A model generated the notes under the pieces. It did not search any database, was not told the DNA's origin, and worked only from the letters and a program-made list of their open reading frames with translations. Below, piece after piece: positions 26,650 to 34,785 of a stretch of DNA of 50,476 nucleotides. Source of the stretch: a virus (taxonomy: Duplodnaviria; Caudoviricetes); IMG/VR virus record IMGVR_UViG_3300031274_000003, positions 1 to 50,476 of that record; one strand, 5' to 3'. The translations under genes were made by a program, and so were the position numbers. The first letter of the stretch is position 1, and every line of letters begins with the position of its first letter.

Positions 26650-28268
26650 TATTGTTCTCCCATTAAGTCTGCCATTAGCAGCTTTTGTTTTTGAGCAGTA
26701 GTGCTCTGAATGTATTTTGCATCTCTATATGCTTTACCATAATCATCATACGCTAATTGTAAAGTACTAAGTATTTTTAGATCCACTGTATCGGCCAATT
26801 GGCCTGACCTATGGGTTCTACCAATTAGCTGCTCCCAAGTTCTACCGTTCGCAGGAGGCGATAGAATTAAGTTCTTGCTCCACTTTTGAAGATTGAAGCC
26901 TTCTGCACACGCGTTAATAGATGCTGCTATTGTTCGCTCAGCAGCTTGTGTAGTTATAGATAAGCCGTTGCGCACACAGCGCCCTTTAGAGCCAAAAGTA
27001 GGCATATAGTTTTTAAGTATTTCACCAATGGCTTTATGTCTATACCATACGATGTAGCTTTTTTCTTTGATAGCCCACTCTGCAACTCTTTCTATGACAC
27101 TCTTATCGAACCAAATCGGTATCGTCTCTGGTATGAATTCTTTTTCTACTCTCTTCCAATTCTTTACCGCCCATGCACCCGCATAAGCTTCATCAATTTG
27201 AGATGCCGTTTCGTATTTTCTTGAGTACCTAAGCTCAGAACGGATGAAGCTGCCGTATTCAGATCTAGCAGCGGCCCAATAAGCGGGGGCCGGATACTTC
27301 CAAACATAGAAAAACCCAAGCGCTATTTCTCTGGCGTGTCGGTAAAACTCCGGGCCGGTGCACACAAAATCCCCGTTCGGCAGCTGCCACATGTCTTCGA
27401 GCTGCTGCCATGCCTTTCTGATAGGCTCGCTGTCGACATCTATAAAATCGAGCGTTATGGACGCGCCTACATCCACACTGTCGGCTAAGATAACACCGGG
27501 CACTTTCCGAATAAAGCTGCCATACCCTTTTCTAGCGTTGTCCAAATCCGGTCCAAAGTAAGTGAGTGCACCCAAGCCGGCACGAGTGGGTGGGTTTACG
27601 TCAAGCGCCTGACACCATAATTCAGCTTCTTTATAATCCTCAGGCAGTATAGAACCTTTCGGTGGCAGCGCTATAAGTTGAAGGTGCCAGTAGTCGTAAA
27701 AGGAACGTGTGGCCACGGTTCCGGATAGAGGAACAAAACGGCAATTGCCTGATGTTCGCCAATATTTCAGCACGCGCTTTGTGCAACCGGCCGCCCGGTT
27801 TTTTAGGTTATGGGCCTCGTCAGCTATAATCAGATCCGCACCAACCTCATTAAGAAAATTCGGGTGAGTAGATACATACTCATAACTGGCTATTTCATAA
27901 TTTGTGTGTTTCACCCAGTGCTTTTCAAGCTCGGCAAAGTCATAGCACGTTTTATCTCGCAACGCGCCTGGGATCAATAAGAGCGCTTTTTTGGCGTCCA
28001 TCACAGTAGGCAGCAGAAATGTGACTATCGTCTTGCCTTGACCTACGGGAAGCCCGCAAAATATACCATCAAAAGCGGCCGCTTCGTACAACGCCAATGC
28101 TTGTAAAGGCCATAACGTCATGAGGCCTTTATCCGTTTTCAATATGGACGTAAGCGGGTTCACCAACTCTAACCCAAGTCGATCCGGGTTTCTTTGAGGA
28201 AGATTTATAATCCGCCTAAAATGGAAGCTCTCAAGCGGTCCCGGGCGCGCTGCGAAAGTGAAATTCAT
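26649..28268 (-). CDS. Superfamily 2 (SNF2-like) helicase
   Basis: PVGQGKT, DEAH, LSGT, EGFNLQ, EQLIGRTHRSGQ. Confidence 0.9.
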   Translation of the reverse strand: MNFTFAARPGPLESFHFRRIINLPQRNPDRLGLELVNPLTSILKTDKGLMTLWPLQALALYEAAAFDGIFCGLPVGQGKTIVTFLLPTVMDAKKALLLIPGALRDKTCYDFAELEKHWVKHTNYEIASYEYVSTHPNFLNEVGADLIIADEAHNLKNRAAGCTKRVLKYWRTSGNCRFVPLSGTVATRSFYDYWHLQLIALPPKGSILPEDYKEAELWCQALDVNPPTRAGLGALTYFGPDLDNARKGYGSFIRKVPGVILADSVDVGASITLDFIDVDSEPIRKAWQQLEDMWQLPNGDFVCTGPEFYRHAREIALGFFYVWKYPAPAYWAAARSEYGSFIRSELRYSRKYETASQIDEAYAGAWAVKNWKRVEKEFIPETIPIWFDKSVIERVAEWAIKEKSYIVWYRHKAIGEILKNYMPTFGSKGRCVRNGLSITTQAAERTIAASINACAEGFNLQKWSKNLILSPPANGRTWEQLIGRTHRSGQLADTVDLKILSTLQLAYDDYGKAYRDAKYIQSTTAQKQKLLMADLMGEQ

Positions 28269-28274
28269 GCGGCG

Positions 28275-29444
28275 TTACTTGGCCAAAGCCTCGTTAATTT
28301 TGTCGATAGCTCTCTTCACCAACGTCTGATCGGCAGGAGTGGTCATCGCACAACCCGCCAGAAAGCCCAACGCCGCGGAGACATCACCGTCAAGCACGTG
28401 AGTAGTCTTCTCTTCTTTGACGGCCGGTGCTTGTGCCACCGCGCGCGCTGCTTTTTTTGTCGACCCCTTCGGTCTTCCGGGCGACTTTTTCGATTTCTCC
28501 AATTCATCGGCTTCGGCTTTGGCGGTCTCGGGCACCTGCGACGCCTCTTCTTTTTCTTCGGGCGGATTTACCGATTGAGGCTTTGGCGCGCCTGCTTGTT
28601 TCTCTTTCGCTGCTTTGATTTTCTCCAAAATGCTCATATTGCTAGACATCAGTCCGACAATCCTTTCTGCGTTTGTCAAATTGCAAACGCCTTTTCTTTC
28701 GCACCCCAAAAACATATCACATGCGTGGGGTTCCGGCGGCAAGTCCAATGCTTTAGCTCTCGCTCTTTTCAGCCTTGCCATTTCCTTTATTACGGGCAAT
28801 AACTGCTCTACAAAATCTTTCCGTATTTGGTCATAGTCTGCTTCGTGTTTTACAATATAAGAGCCTGATCTTTTATATTTTGTGCTTGCGTAATTCAACC
28901 AAAATCGACAGCTAGAGCCTCTTGATTTTGCGACTATAGGAGCGCAGAATTCATACAATATACGCTGTGGATCTTCTTTGAGGTGCTTTTCTTTTTTACC
29001 CCATTTCGCCGGGTCCGAAGATGTTTTATGATCCACAATATTTACGCCACCGTATATCCAGAATACATCAAATATTCCTACCAAATTTATATCACCGGGT
29101 AAGTCAATATTGTAATAACGCTTTACTTCTTTAGGTGTGACTGTAAATTTAAGTTCGAACTCCGCATTATAATCATGAAGCGCATCTATTAAAAAAATAC
29201 TGTTCAAGCCTTGTATAAGCTCCACAGCTATTTTTCCGGGATAATAGTCTTTTTCGCCGTACGTCCACACAGAATCAACATTCGGCAAAACACCTTCTTT
29301 ACCGTAGTGCTCTACATGCGAGTGACACTCACTACCTAAGGCAGTGGCAGCACTATCGCCGCTTTTTAGTTTATCTAGGTATCGCCACCCCCATATGCGT
29401 CGACAGGTCAAAAAACTATTTATCTGTGAAGCTGAAATATACAT
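28275..29444 (-). CDS. PD-(D/E)XK exonuclease (Cas4/RecB-like) with C-terminal extension
   Basis: SASQI...C, G...H, GIFD..VDHKTS, Q..LY, C..F.GC...C; PGRPKGS AT-hook-like. Confidence 0.8.
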   Translation of the reverse strand: MYISASQINSFLTCRRIWGWRYLDKLKSGDSAATALGSECHSHVEHYGKEGVLPNVDSVWTYGEKDYYPGKIAVELIQGLNSIFLIDALHDYNAEFELKFTVTPKEVKRYYNIDLPGDINLVGIFDVFWIYGGVNIVDHKTSSDPAKWGKKEKHLKEDPQRILYEFCAPIVAKSRGSSCRFWLNYASTKYKRSGSYIVKHEADYDQIRKDFVEQLLPVIKEMARLKRARAKALDLPPEPHACDMFLGCERKGVCNLTNAERIVGLMSSNMSILEKIKAAKEKQAGAPKPQSVNPPEEKEEASQVPETAKAEADELEKSKKSPGRPKGSTKKAARAVAQAPAVKEEKTTHVLDGDVSAALGFLAGCAMTTPADQTLVKRAIDKINEALAK

Positions 29445-29459
29445 AGCTTGTATTTAAAT

Positions 29460-29726
29460 CTACTCTCCGCTATCGTCAAGCAGTTTGTCGCAAATATCGA
29501 AAATCATCATTGCGAAATTACCGATATCGGCGGCCTCTCTTTTAGCGTGATCAAACTGATCCGAAACCAGTGCTTCGCTAAGCTCTTCTAGCTCCTCCAG
29601 CAGCCTAATAAAAAAATAGTCAGGGTTATATTCATCCCAACCCCAACCGCTTACACCTCGATCTGCATCGTGCTCTTTTAGTTTAGCCTCCATAGCCTCT
29701 GCAAACTGTTTAACGGCTTTTCTCAT
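29460..29726 (-). CDS. MazG-like NTP pyrophosphohydrolase fold protein
   Basis: EELEEL...EAADIGNFAMMI. Confidence 0.65.
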   Translation of the reverse strand: MRKAVKQFAEAMEAKLKEHDADRGVSGWGWDEYNPDYFFIRLLEELEELSEALVSDQFDHAKREAADIGNFAMMIFDICDKLLDDSGE

Positions 29727-29728
29727 TT

Positions 29729-30004
29729 TTAATGCCTTTCACCCAACGATCCTTTATCGTCAAGAAGTTTGTCGCAGATATCGAAGATCATCCGCGAAGA
29801 ATTGGCTACATCAACCGCTATTTTTTTACCGACAGTGAAATCGCCTGAACCCACAGATTCTGCAAACTCATCTACCTCGTCAATTAGTTTAGACAAAAAA
29901 TAAGTGAGACTGTGTTCATTTGACCCCGCTACCTCGAGGTCTGAATCATATCCATTCAATCTTTGATTCATTGCCTCTGCGAATTTTTTAATCGACTGTC
30001 TCAT
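29729..30004 (-). CDS. Diverged paralogue of the adjacent MazG-like protein
   Basis: Shares MR...K.FAEAM and MIFDICDKLLDD; ATG 30004. Confidence 0.65.
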   Translation of the reverse strand: MRQSIKKFAEAMNQRLNGYDSDLEVAGSNEHSLTYFLSKLIDEVDEFAESVGSGDFTVGKKIAVDVANSSRMIFDICDKLLDDKGSLGERH

Positions 30005-30206
30005 CGTCCGATCCTTTCGTGAATTGTATACAATGAAAATGCCTCGCAATTCGATGAGGCATTTGATCATTTATTCTCAGTGCTCCGAATAGACGGCATC
30101 GACCGCCCATGCTTCGAAACATAAACGGACAGCTTACGTCACAATAGTCGCCACGAGCCGCTATCTCTAGCGTCAGTTTCAGATGCTTGACGTTTTCTAT
30201 TTTCAT
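29988..30206 (-). CDS. Hypothetical Cys-containing protein
   Basis: RBS AAGGAG; C...CPF...C. Confidence 0.55.
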   Translation of the reverse strand: MKIENVKHLKLTLEIAARGDYCDVSCPFMFRSMGGRCRLFGALRINDQMPHRIARHFHCIQFTKGSDDETVD

Positions 30207-30225
30207 GAAAAACTCCTTCTTATCT

Positions 30226-30432
30226 TTACTTTATATATGTGCAAGCGATCAGGTTCCACTGATCAACTACCTCTTTTTTAGTCAGTGCATGCAGCTTAGC
30301 GCAACCTAACTTACACTCAATTACCCACTTCGGTCTACCGTGGTTTCTGTTGATGTTTATAGGCTGCGGAGGCCACTGCCCGCATTTAGGGCAGGCTCTT
30401 AGATCTACCCAACGTACGCGTCCATTAGTCAT
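30226..30432 (-). CDS. Zn-ribbon protein (Lar-like)
   Basis: CPKCG...IEC..C...WN. Confidence 0.55.
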   Translation of the reverse strand: MTNGRVRWVDLRACPKCGQWPPQPININRNHGRPKWVIECKLGCAKLHALTKKEVVDQWNLIACTYIK

Positions 30433-30617
30433 TTTGCTCTCTCCACAAAAGCTTTTAGGATGGCCAAATGCCAATCCTTCAAAGGTCTGTCCGACTTTTT
30501 CATCTTCCTAACGATCTGAACCTCTAAATCGGTTAGCAATATAGTGCGCATCAAACTAGCATATAAAATACATTCGCACAGTGCTCTTTGCTCTATTATC
30601 GTATCGACTTTTGTCAT
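30429..30617 (-). CDS. Hypothetical protein
   Basis: ATG 30617 after GGGGGAG. Confidence 0.55.
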   Translation of the reverse strand: MTKVDTIIEQRALCECILYASLMRTILLTDLEVQIVRKMKKSDRPLKDWHLAILKAFVERAK

Positions 30618-30688
30618 AACTCCCCCTTTGATTAACAAACACCTTATGAGCGCTTCCTGTCTCACCAGAAAGCGCCGAAAGAAATTCG

Positions 30689-30856
30689 TTACTTCACCGA
30701 CTCGCCGATCTCCTTTCCGAGCGCTTCCGCGCACAACCGGCCCAGCTCCGCGCGCTCTGCGGTAGACAGCTCGCGCATCTCCGCCATCGTGACCGGCCTG
30801 CCGTCGTTTGCTTCAAAAAACTTCTTGATTGCTTTTACGTTCGAGATCTTTTCCAT
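30689..30856 (-). CDS. 55-aa hypothetical protein (absent from ORF track)
   Basis: MEKISNVKAIKKFFEANDGRPVTMAEMRELSTAERAELGRLCAEALGKEIGESVK; RBS AAAGGA. Confidence 0.7.
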   Translation of the reverse strand: MEKISNVKAIKKFFEANDGRPVTMAEMRELSTAERAELGRLCAEALGKEIGESVK

Positions 30857-30891
30857 TTTGCTGATCCTTTCTGTGGCCGAAATCGGCCGGT

Positions 30892-31074
30892 TTATTCGTC
30901 AACGACCTCGTAATCAAAACCTTCTTCCAGGCAGTCAGCTATCTCGTCTGTGGTGCTGTCGTTTCCGCACGCGGCCACTGCTTGCGCCATTTGGATAACC
31001 GCCTCCTCAACTGTAGATGCCTCAAAAGTGATCGGCATGCCAAGGTCATCATTGATATTTTTTATTTTTGCCAC
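30892..31074 (-). CDS. Small acidic early protein
   Basis: Directly downstream of the repeated promoter; AGGAG RBS. Confidence 0.7.
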   Translation of the reverse strand: MAKIKNINDDLGMPITFEASTVEEAVIQMAQAVAACGNDSTTDEIADCLEEGFDYEVVDE

Positions 31075-31086
31075 CTCGCATCTCCT

Positions 31087-31137
31087 CTGATACTAGGTTT
31101 AAATCGCATTTAAATAGCTGTCAACCGAAAAACGACA
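31087..31137 (-). promoter_or_regulatory. Repeated promoter/operator, copy 1
   Basis: 51 bp identical to 31609-31659; TTGACA followed by TTTAAA-N5-TTTAAA, then RBS. Confidence 0.75.
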
Positions 31138-31351
31138 ATATTTTTTGAGCGAGCTCATATATTTTGTCTATCTGTTCGGCAGTAGGGATTGCCCGCACCT
31201 CAAAATCCGGAAATTCAGATCGGTATGTTTCTATATCCATATCTTCCTCAAAATCTATCTCCGGGAAATAAATGCTGTCTCCTCTATCTATTGCAATATA
31301 CCAACGTGATCGGCCTTCTATATTAGCGTTAATCCAAAATACTTTATTCAT
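31121..31351 (-). CDS. Hypothetical protein
   Basis: 76-aa ORF ending inside promoter copy 1. Confidence 0.6.
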   Translation of the reverse strand: MNKVFWINANIEGRSRWYIAIDRGDSIYFPEIDFEEDMDIETYRSEFPDFEVRAIPTAEQIDKIYELAQKILSFFG

Positions 31352-31358
31352 AGCGCGC

Positions 31359-31598
31359 CTATTCGCAATCTCCTAAAGCATTACGCGGCCGGCATCCTTT
31401 TATTTTTAAAAATTCGGCGACAACTGCTGACATTGTTTCGAAATCCTCGCCGAACGCTCTGAACATCCGCTTAACAGCCGGATAAGGATCAACAGGCTTA
31501 TAGTACCTTATAAAAGCGCCTAACCGCTTAGTGCAGTCGTATACTCCATAAGCGTTGTCGTCTTCTGCAATAACTTTCAGTCCTTTAATTAACATCAT
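31359..31598 (-). CDS. Hypothetical protein
   Basis: ATG 31598 after AGGAGG. Confidence 0.65.
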   Translation of the reverse strand: MMLIKGLKVIAEDDNAYGVYDCTKRLGAFIRYYKPVDPYPAVKRMFRAFGEDFETMSAVVAEFLKIKGCRPRNALGDCE

Positions 31599-31608
31599 CT
31601 CGCACCTC

Positions 31609-31659
31609 CTGATACTAGGTTTAAATCGCATTTAAATAGCTGTCAACCGAAAAACGACA
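31609..31659 (-). promoter_or_regulatory. Repeated promoter/operator, copy 2
   Basis: Identical to 31087-31137. Confidence 0.75.
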
Positions 31660-31681
31660 GAGAGTTTTTTTATTTTTGTGC

Positions 31682-31730
31682 TTGACACCGATTTAAACCT
31701 GATTTAAATATACTGGTAGGAGGTAACGAC
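31682..31730 (+). promoter_or_regulatory. Divergent rightward promoter/operator of the same family
   Basis: TTGACAccgaTTTAAAcctgaTTTAAAtatactggtAGGAGG before ATG 31731. Confidence 0.75.
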
Positions 31731-32045
31731 ATGACAATAACAAACGAAGATAGCATCTATCACATCGGTCTCATCAATAGCGCGGCCGACAGTGACGAGT
31801 TCATCGCCAATCTGGACGCCGAAACGGTCTATCCGTACCATCCGGACACCTGCCGCCTTTTGGTCGACAATGAGGTGTCTATAGGCACTGTAAGACGCTG
31901 GCGAGGCGATATTGACGACGCTATCGAGTGCATAATGGAGCGTGACCTGTTTCAACTGATGCTGTCTGCGGCTAGGCAGCGCCTCGACGCTCTGCAAGAC
32001 GCTGCATGGATAGAAAAATATGATGAACTTGGTTGTGGCTGGTAA
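31731..32045 (+). CDS. Acidic hypothetical early protein
   Basis: AGGAGG RBS; first gene of the rightward unit. Confidence 0.7.
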   Translation: MTITNEDSIYHIGLINSAADSDEFIANLDAETVYPYHPDTCRLLVDNEVSIGTVRRWRGDIDDAIECIMERDLFQLMLSAARQRLDALQDAAWIEKYDELGCGW

Positions 32046-32079
32046 TGGTTGAGATATTCGTAATAGGAGTATTGGTGGT

Positions 32080-32580
32080 ATGGATACTAAGCAAATTTTG
32101 ATTGCGGCAGTCCTTCTCTCGGCATGCTGCGAAGACGATAGGCTTTATATCGACCGCGACTGCACGCCGACAGAAAGGAGCCTGATCTATACGGCGGCGC
32201 ATAGAATAAACGCTGTCGCCGGTTTCGAACGGATAGAAATCGCCGGTTTGAAAACATTTACCGGCGATATCCTCAACGATGACTACGACTCTGTGACTTG
32301 CGAAAAAGCAAATCCGGGCACTGAGCCGCATACTGGCGAAGCTTACGATACGGACATTATTCTGTATCGTGCTTATATAGATAATGATAAAGTGTTTCTT
32401 AACGTAGTAATGCATGAAATGGTGCACTATATTGCGAGAGGGCATAAAATAGATCTAGATTTTGTCGATAGTGCAGGTCATATAGACGATGAGAATTGTA
32501 TAATGGCTGAATACGTCGACACGGACCCGCCTTTAGATTTTTGCGAAAAAGACATTCAATTTATAAGGAGCGTACTATGA
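32080..32580 (+). CDS. Putative lipoprotein zinc metallopeptidase (metzincin/matrixin-like)
   Basis: Lipobox-like LLSAC; HEMVH; downstream GH...CIM. Confidence 0.65.
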   Translation: MDTKQILIAAVLLSACCEDDRLYIDRDCTPTERSLIYTAAHRINAVAGFERIEIAGLKTFTGDILNDDYDSVTCEKANPGTEPHTGEAYDTDIILYRAYIDNDKVFLNVVMHEMVHYIARGHKIDLDFVDSAGHIDDENCIMAEYVDTDPPLDFCEKDIQFIRSVL

Positions 32581-32786
32581 AAGAAAGCGAAAAAGCAGCG
32601 GCTCTATTCGAGCTGTCGAAGCTGACTATACTGGTAAGAAAATTGAAAAAAAGCGATCTGGTACCAGCTGAGATATTAGAAGGCTTATCTGCCAGAATAG
32701 ACAAAATGAGAGCCGGTATTGATCCGGCAACTCTGGCCGCGTTCGACGCTGCGGCCGCTTTTGTGGAGAAAGAAGACGATGTCTAA
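32577..32786 (+). CDS. Hypothetical protein
   Basis: ATG 32577 after AAGGAG. Confidence 0.6.
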   Translation: MKESEKAAALFELSKLTILVRKLKKSDLVPAEILEGLSARIDKMRAGIDPATLAAFDAAAAFVEKEDDV

Positions 32787-33042
32787 ACACTATTACATAA
32801 CAAAATACGCGCTCTCCGAAGGTATCTCGTATGAAGAATGTACAGAAATGCCTAGCGGTGAGTACGTAAGTGCGAAACCTTTTCTTCAGCTTTTTAGAAT
32901 AGGTAGAGATGCTTTTGAGAATTTTGACGATGCTCATAAAAGAGCTGTCGAGATGCGTAACAAAAAGATAAAGTCTCTCAAAAAACAGTTGGTCCGCTTG
33001 GAAAAGCTAAGATTCGCCGATGCCAGAAAGGATAACGGATGA
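32779..33042 (+). CDS. Hypothetical phage protein
   Basis: YITKYALSEGI...KIKSLKKQL. Confidence 0.7.
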   Translation: MSKHYYITKYALSEGISYEECTEMPSGEYVSAKPFLQLFRIGRDAFENFDDAHKRAVEMRNKKIKSLKKQLVRLEKLRFADARKDNG

Positions 33043-33503
33043 AAATCGTAACAATACCGATTAAAATTGCGGTGCACGATAATGCGACACATATTGCCTT
33101 TGACAGCAACGGCGAAATAACAGAATTCGATCTAGAGCCTGAGATTTACGAGCCGTGCGAAAGCCCGGATGATGGTTTTTGGGTGGCTAGACATCCGTCA
33201 TCGTTTGCCGAAAAAATTGTCCCAATCAACTGGCGAGAGTCGCTTATAGAGGTGGATCACTACATCGCGAGAGAAGGTGGTGAAATAATGCCTCTCAGCA
33301 CGGTTCGGTTCGAGGATTTCGGCGATGAATTGCACATGACATTTATTTGCCCTCACTGCGGCAAGAGATCTTATATTGACGCGCCTCCATGCTGCTATGA
33401 TGACTATTCTGATGACGGCGCCGTATATCCAGATACTTTGGAATGCCCACTATGTCGCCGCGAATTTAGTGCCGATTTCTCCGAATATAAGTGGGAAGAC
33501 TAG
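33039..33503 (+). CDS. Hypothetical protein with C-terminal CxxC/CxxC Zn ribbon
   Basis: CPHCG...CPLC. Confidence 0.65.
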   Translation: MKIVTIPIKIAVHDNATHIAFDSNGEITEFDLEPEIYEPCESPDDGFWVARHPSSFAEKIVPINWRESLIEVDHYIAREGGEIMPLSTVRFEDFGDELHMTFICPHCGKRSYIDAPPCCYDDYSDDGAVYPDTLECPLCRREFSADFSEYKWED

Positions 33504-33567
33504 GTAGACGACCGTGATGATAAAACGTCATTATTGAAAGAGTACCCGTCTAGAGGAAGGTGGTGAA

Positions 33568-33879
33568 ATGATGAGACCCAATAAGCCCGGGCCTTGGTTA
33601 TTTGAGCCTGCGAAAGGTCTTGTGGTGAATTGCGCGTACATAACAAAATCTGGCCGCGTTCTTATGGCCGGATCGCCTGTATTGTGGACCGTAGAATCGT
33701 TCGAGAAAGATTCTTCGGTGTTTGTAAGATGGATAGGGCCCGCGCACCCTCCAAAGAAAGTCAACAGAAAACGTTTATCGGTTGATGATACTATGACCCC
33801 CTACATTATTGATGACCCGGAAGGGCATTTGGTATTTTATGATGATGTCAAAGAGTTTTTGATCGAAAGGTATGAATGA
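33568..33879 (+). CDS. Hypothetical protein
   Basis: RBS GAAGGTGGTG; coupled ORF. Confidence 0.6.
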   Translation: MMRPNKPGPWLFEPAKGLVVNCAYITKSGRVLMAGSPVLWTVESFEKDSSVFVRWIGPAHPPKKVNRKRLSVDDTMTPYIIDDPEGHLVFYDDVKEFLIERYE

Positions 33880-34124
33880 TGGGTAACAATATTTGTAACC
33901 AGAGACCAAATAATAACTGCTTACAAACGCGCAACGGTAAGTTTCATTGTACAAATCAAACGGACCGATGTTTAGGGTTCAAACAGGCTGATGGGATGTC
34001 AACCGGAAATTGTGAGTATTTCGTATGGACCGATAGCTTATGCTTATCTAAAAAAGCTAGGCTGGATTACGTGACAGTAGCCATTGAGTTAGGTCAAAAA
34101 TACCTGAATGAGGTAAAGCGATGA
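33876..34124 (+). CDS. Cys-rich hypothetical protein
   Basis: Coupled ORF with six Cys. Confidence 0.55.
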   Translation: MMGNNICNQRPNNNCLQTRNGKFHCTNQTDRCLGFKQADGMSTGNCEYFVWTDSLCLSKKARLDYVTVAIELGQKYLNEVKR

Positions 34125-34321
34125 ACCATAAAAAATGTCCTTTCTGCGCTCACGACAAACAACGTATTTGTTATAGAGAAACAGAAGGCTATGGCTGGTT
34201 TTCAGTAAAATATTACGAAATACGTTGTAGTAATTGTGGGGCATCCGGACCTGAAGATAAAACAGAAGAAGGCGCGTGGAAAGCTTGGAATAAACGCAAA
34301 AGAGTATTTAAGGCGGAATAA
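34121..34321 (+). CDS. Lar-family restriction alleviation-like Zn-ribbon protein
   Basis: CPFC...CSNCGASGP...AWNKR. Confidence 0.7.
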   Translation: MNHKKCPFCAHDKQRICYRETEGYGWFSVKYYEIRCSNCGASGPEDKTEEGAWKAWNKRKRVFKAE

Positions 34322-34551
34322 TGGAAAAATTCAGTGAGCGTTTTTGGGGTCACGTATTGGGATCGGACAAACCAAAAATACCGACATATAAAAAATACGA
34401 TGAAGATAACGAAACCGTCGACGGTATCAAAATTGTTGAGAAGCGCACTTTCGAAGATAAAGTATGCGGGGTGTCTGTCTGCATCGGCGTTCTTGAGAAC
34501 GGAAATATGGCAGTGTTGGAATTTAAAGTCGAAAAGAAGGCGGGTCGATAA
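34321..34551 (+). CDS. Hypothetical protein
   Basis: TAATG-coupled ORF. Confidence 0.55.
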   Translation: MEKFSERFWGHVLGSDKPKIPTYKKYDEDNETVDGIKIVEKRTFEDKVCGVSVCIGVLENGNMAVLEFKVEKKAGR

Positions 34552-34749
34552 ATGGGGTCACTAAAAAAGAAAAAACTGAAAAAAGGCGAAAATAAGATGT
34601 TCATGGTCCGGCTGACGCCGGAACAGTGGGACAACGTGTTGGAGTGGATTGAATCCGAAGAATCTTCGGGAATGACGGCAAATGGCCGAATGTACTTCAC
34701 TACCCTCATGAAAAATTTCCACAGCGAGTTTATGAAGTTGTCGAAATAG
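34552..34749 (+). CDS. Small basic, possibly DNA-binding (RHH-like) protein
   Basis: KKKK then FMVRLTPEQW. Confidence 0.5.
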   Translation: MGSLKKKKLKKGENKMFMVRLTPEQWDNVLEWIESEESSGMTANGRMYFTTLMKNFHSEFMKLSK

Positions 34750-34785
34750 GCAGAAGTGCCATAAGGTATGAGGGAAGGAGGTAAC

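Noticed and set aside
28275-29444. Cas4-like gene as evidence of CRISPR-Cas
   Set aside because: Solo phage exonuclease in a replication module; no array or other cas genes
24296-30004. 2-aminoadenine (Z) or 7-deazaguanine genome pathway
   Set aside because: No PurZ, DatZ, DpdA, FolE, QueC/D/E homologue recognised
31087-31659. Identical repeats as a CRISPR array or att sites
   Set aside because: Only two copies 522 bp apart, containing promoter elements; no cas operon or integrase
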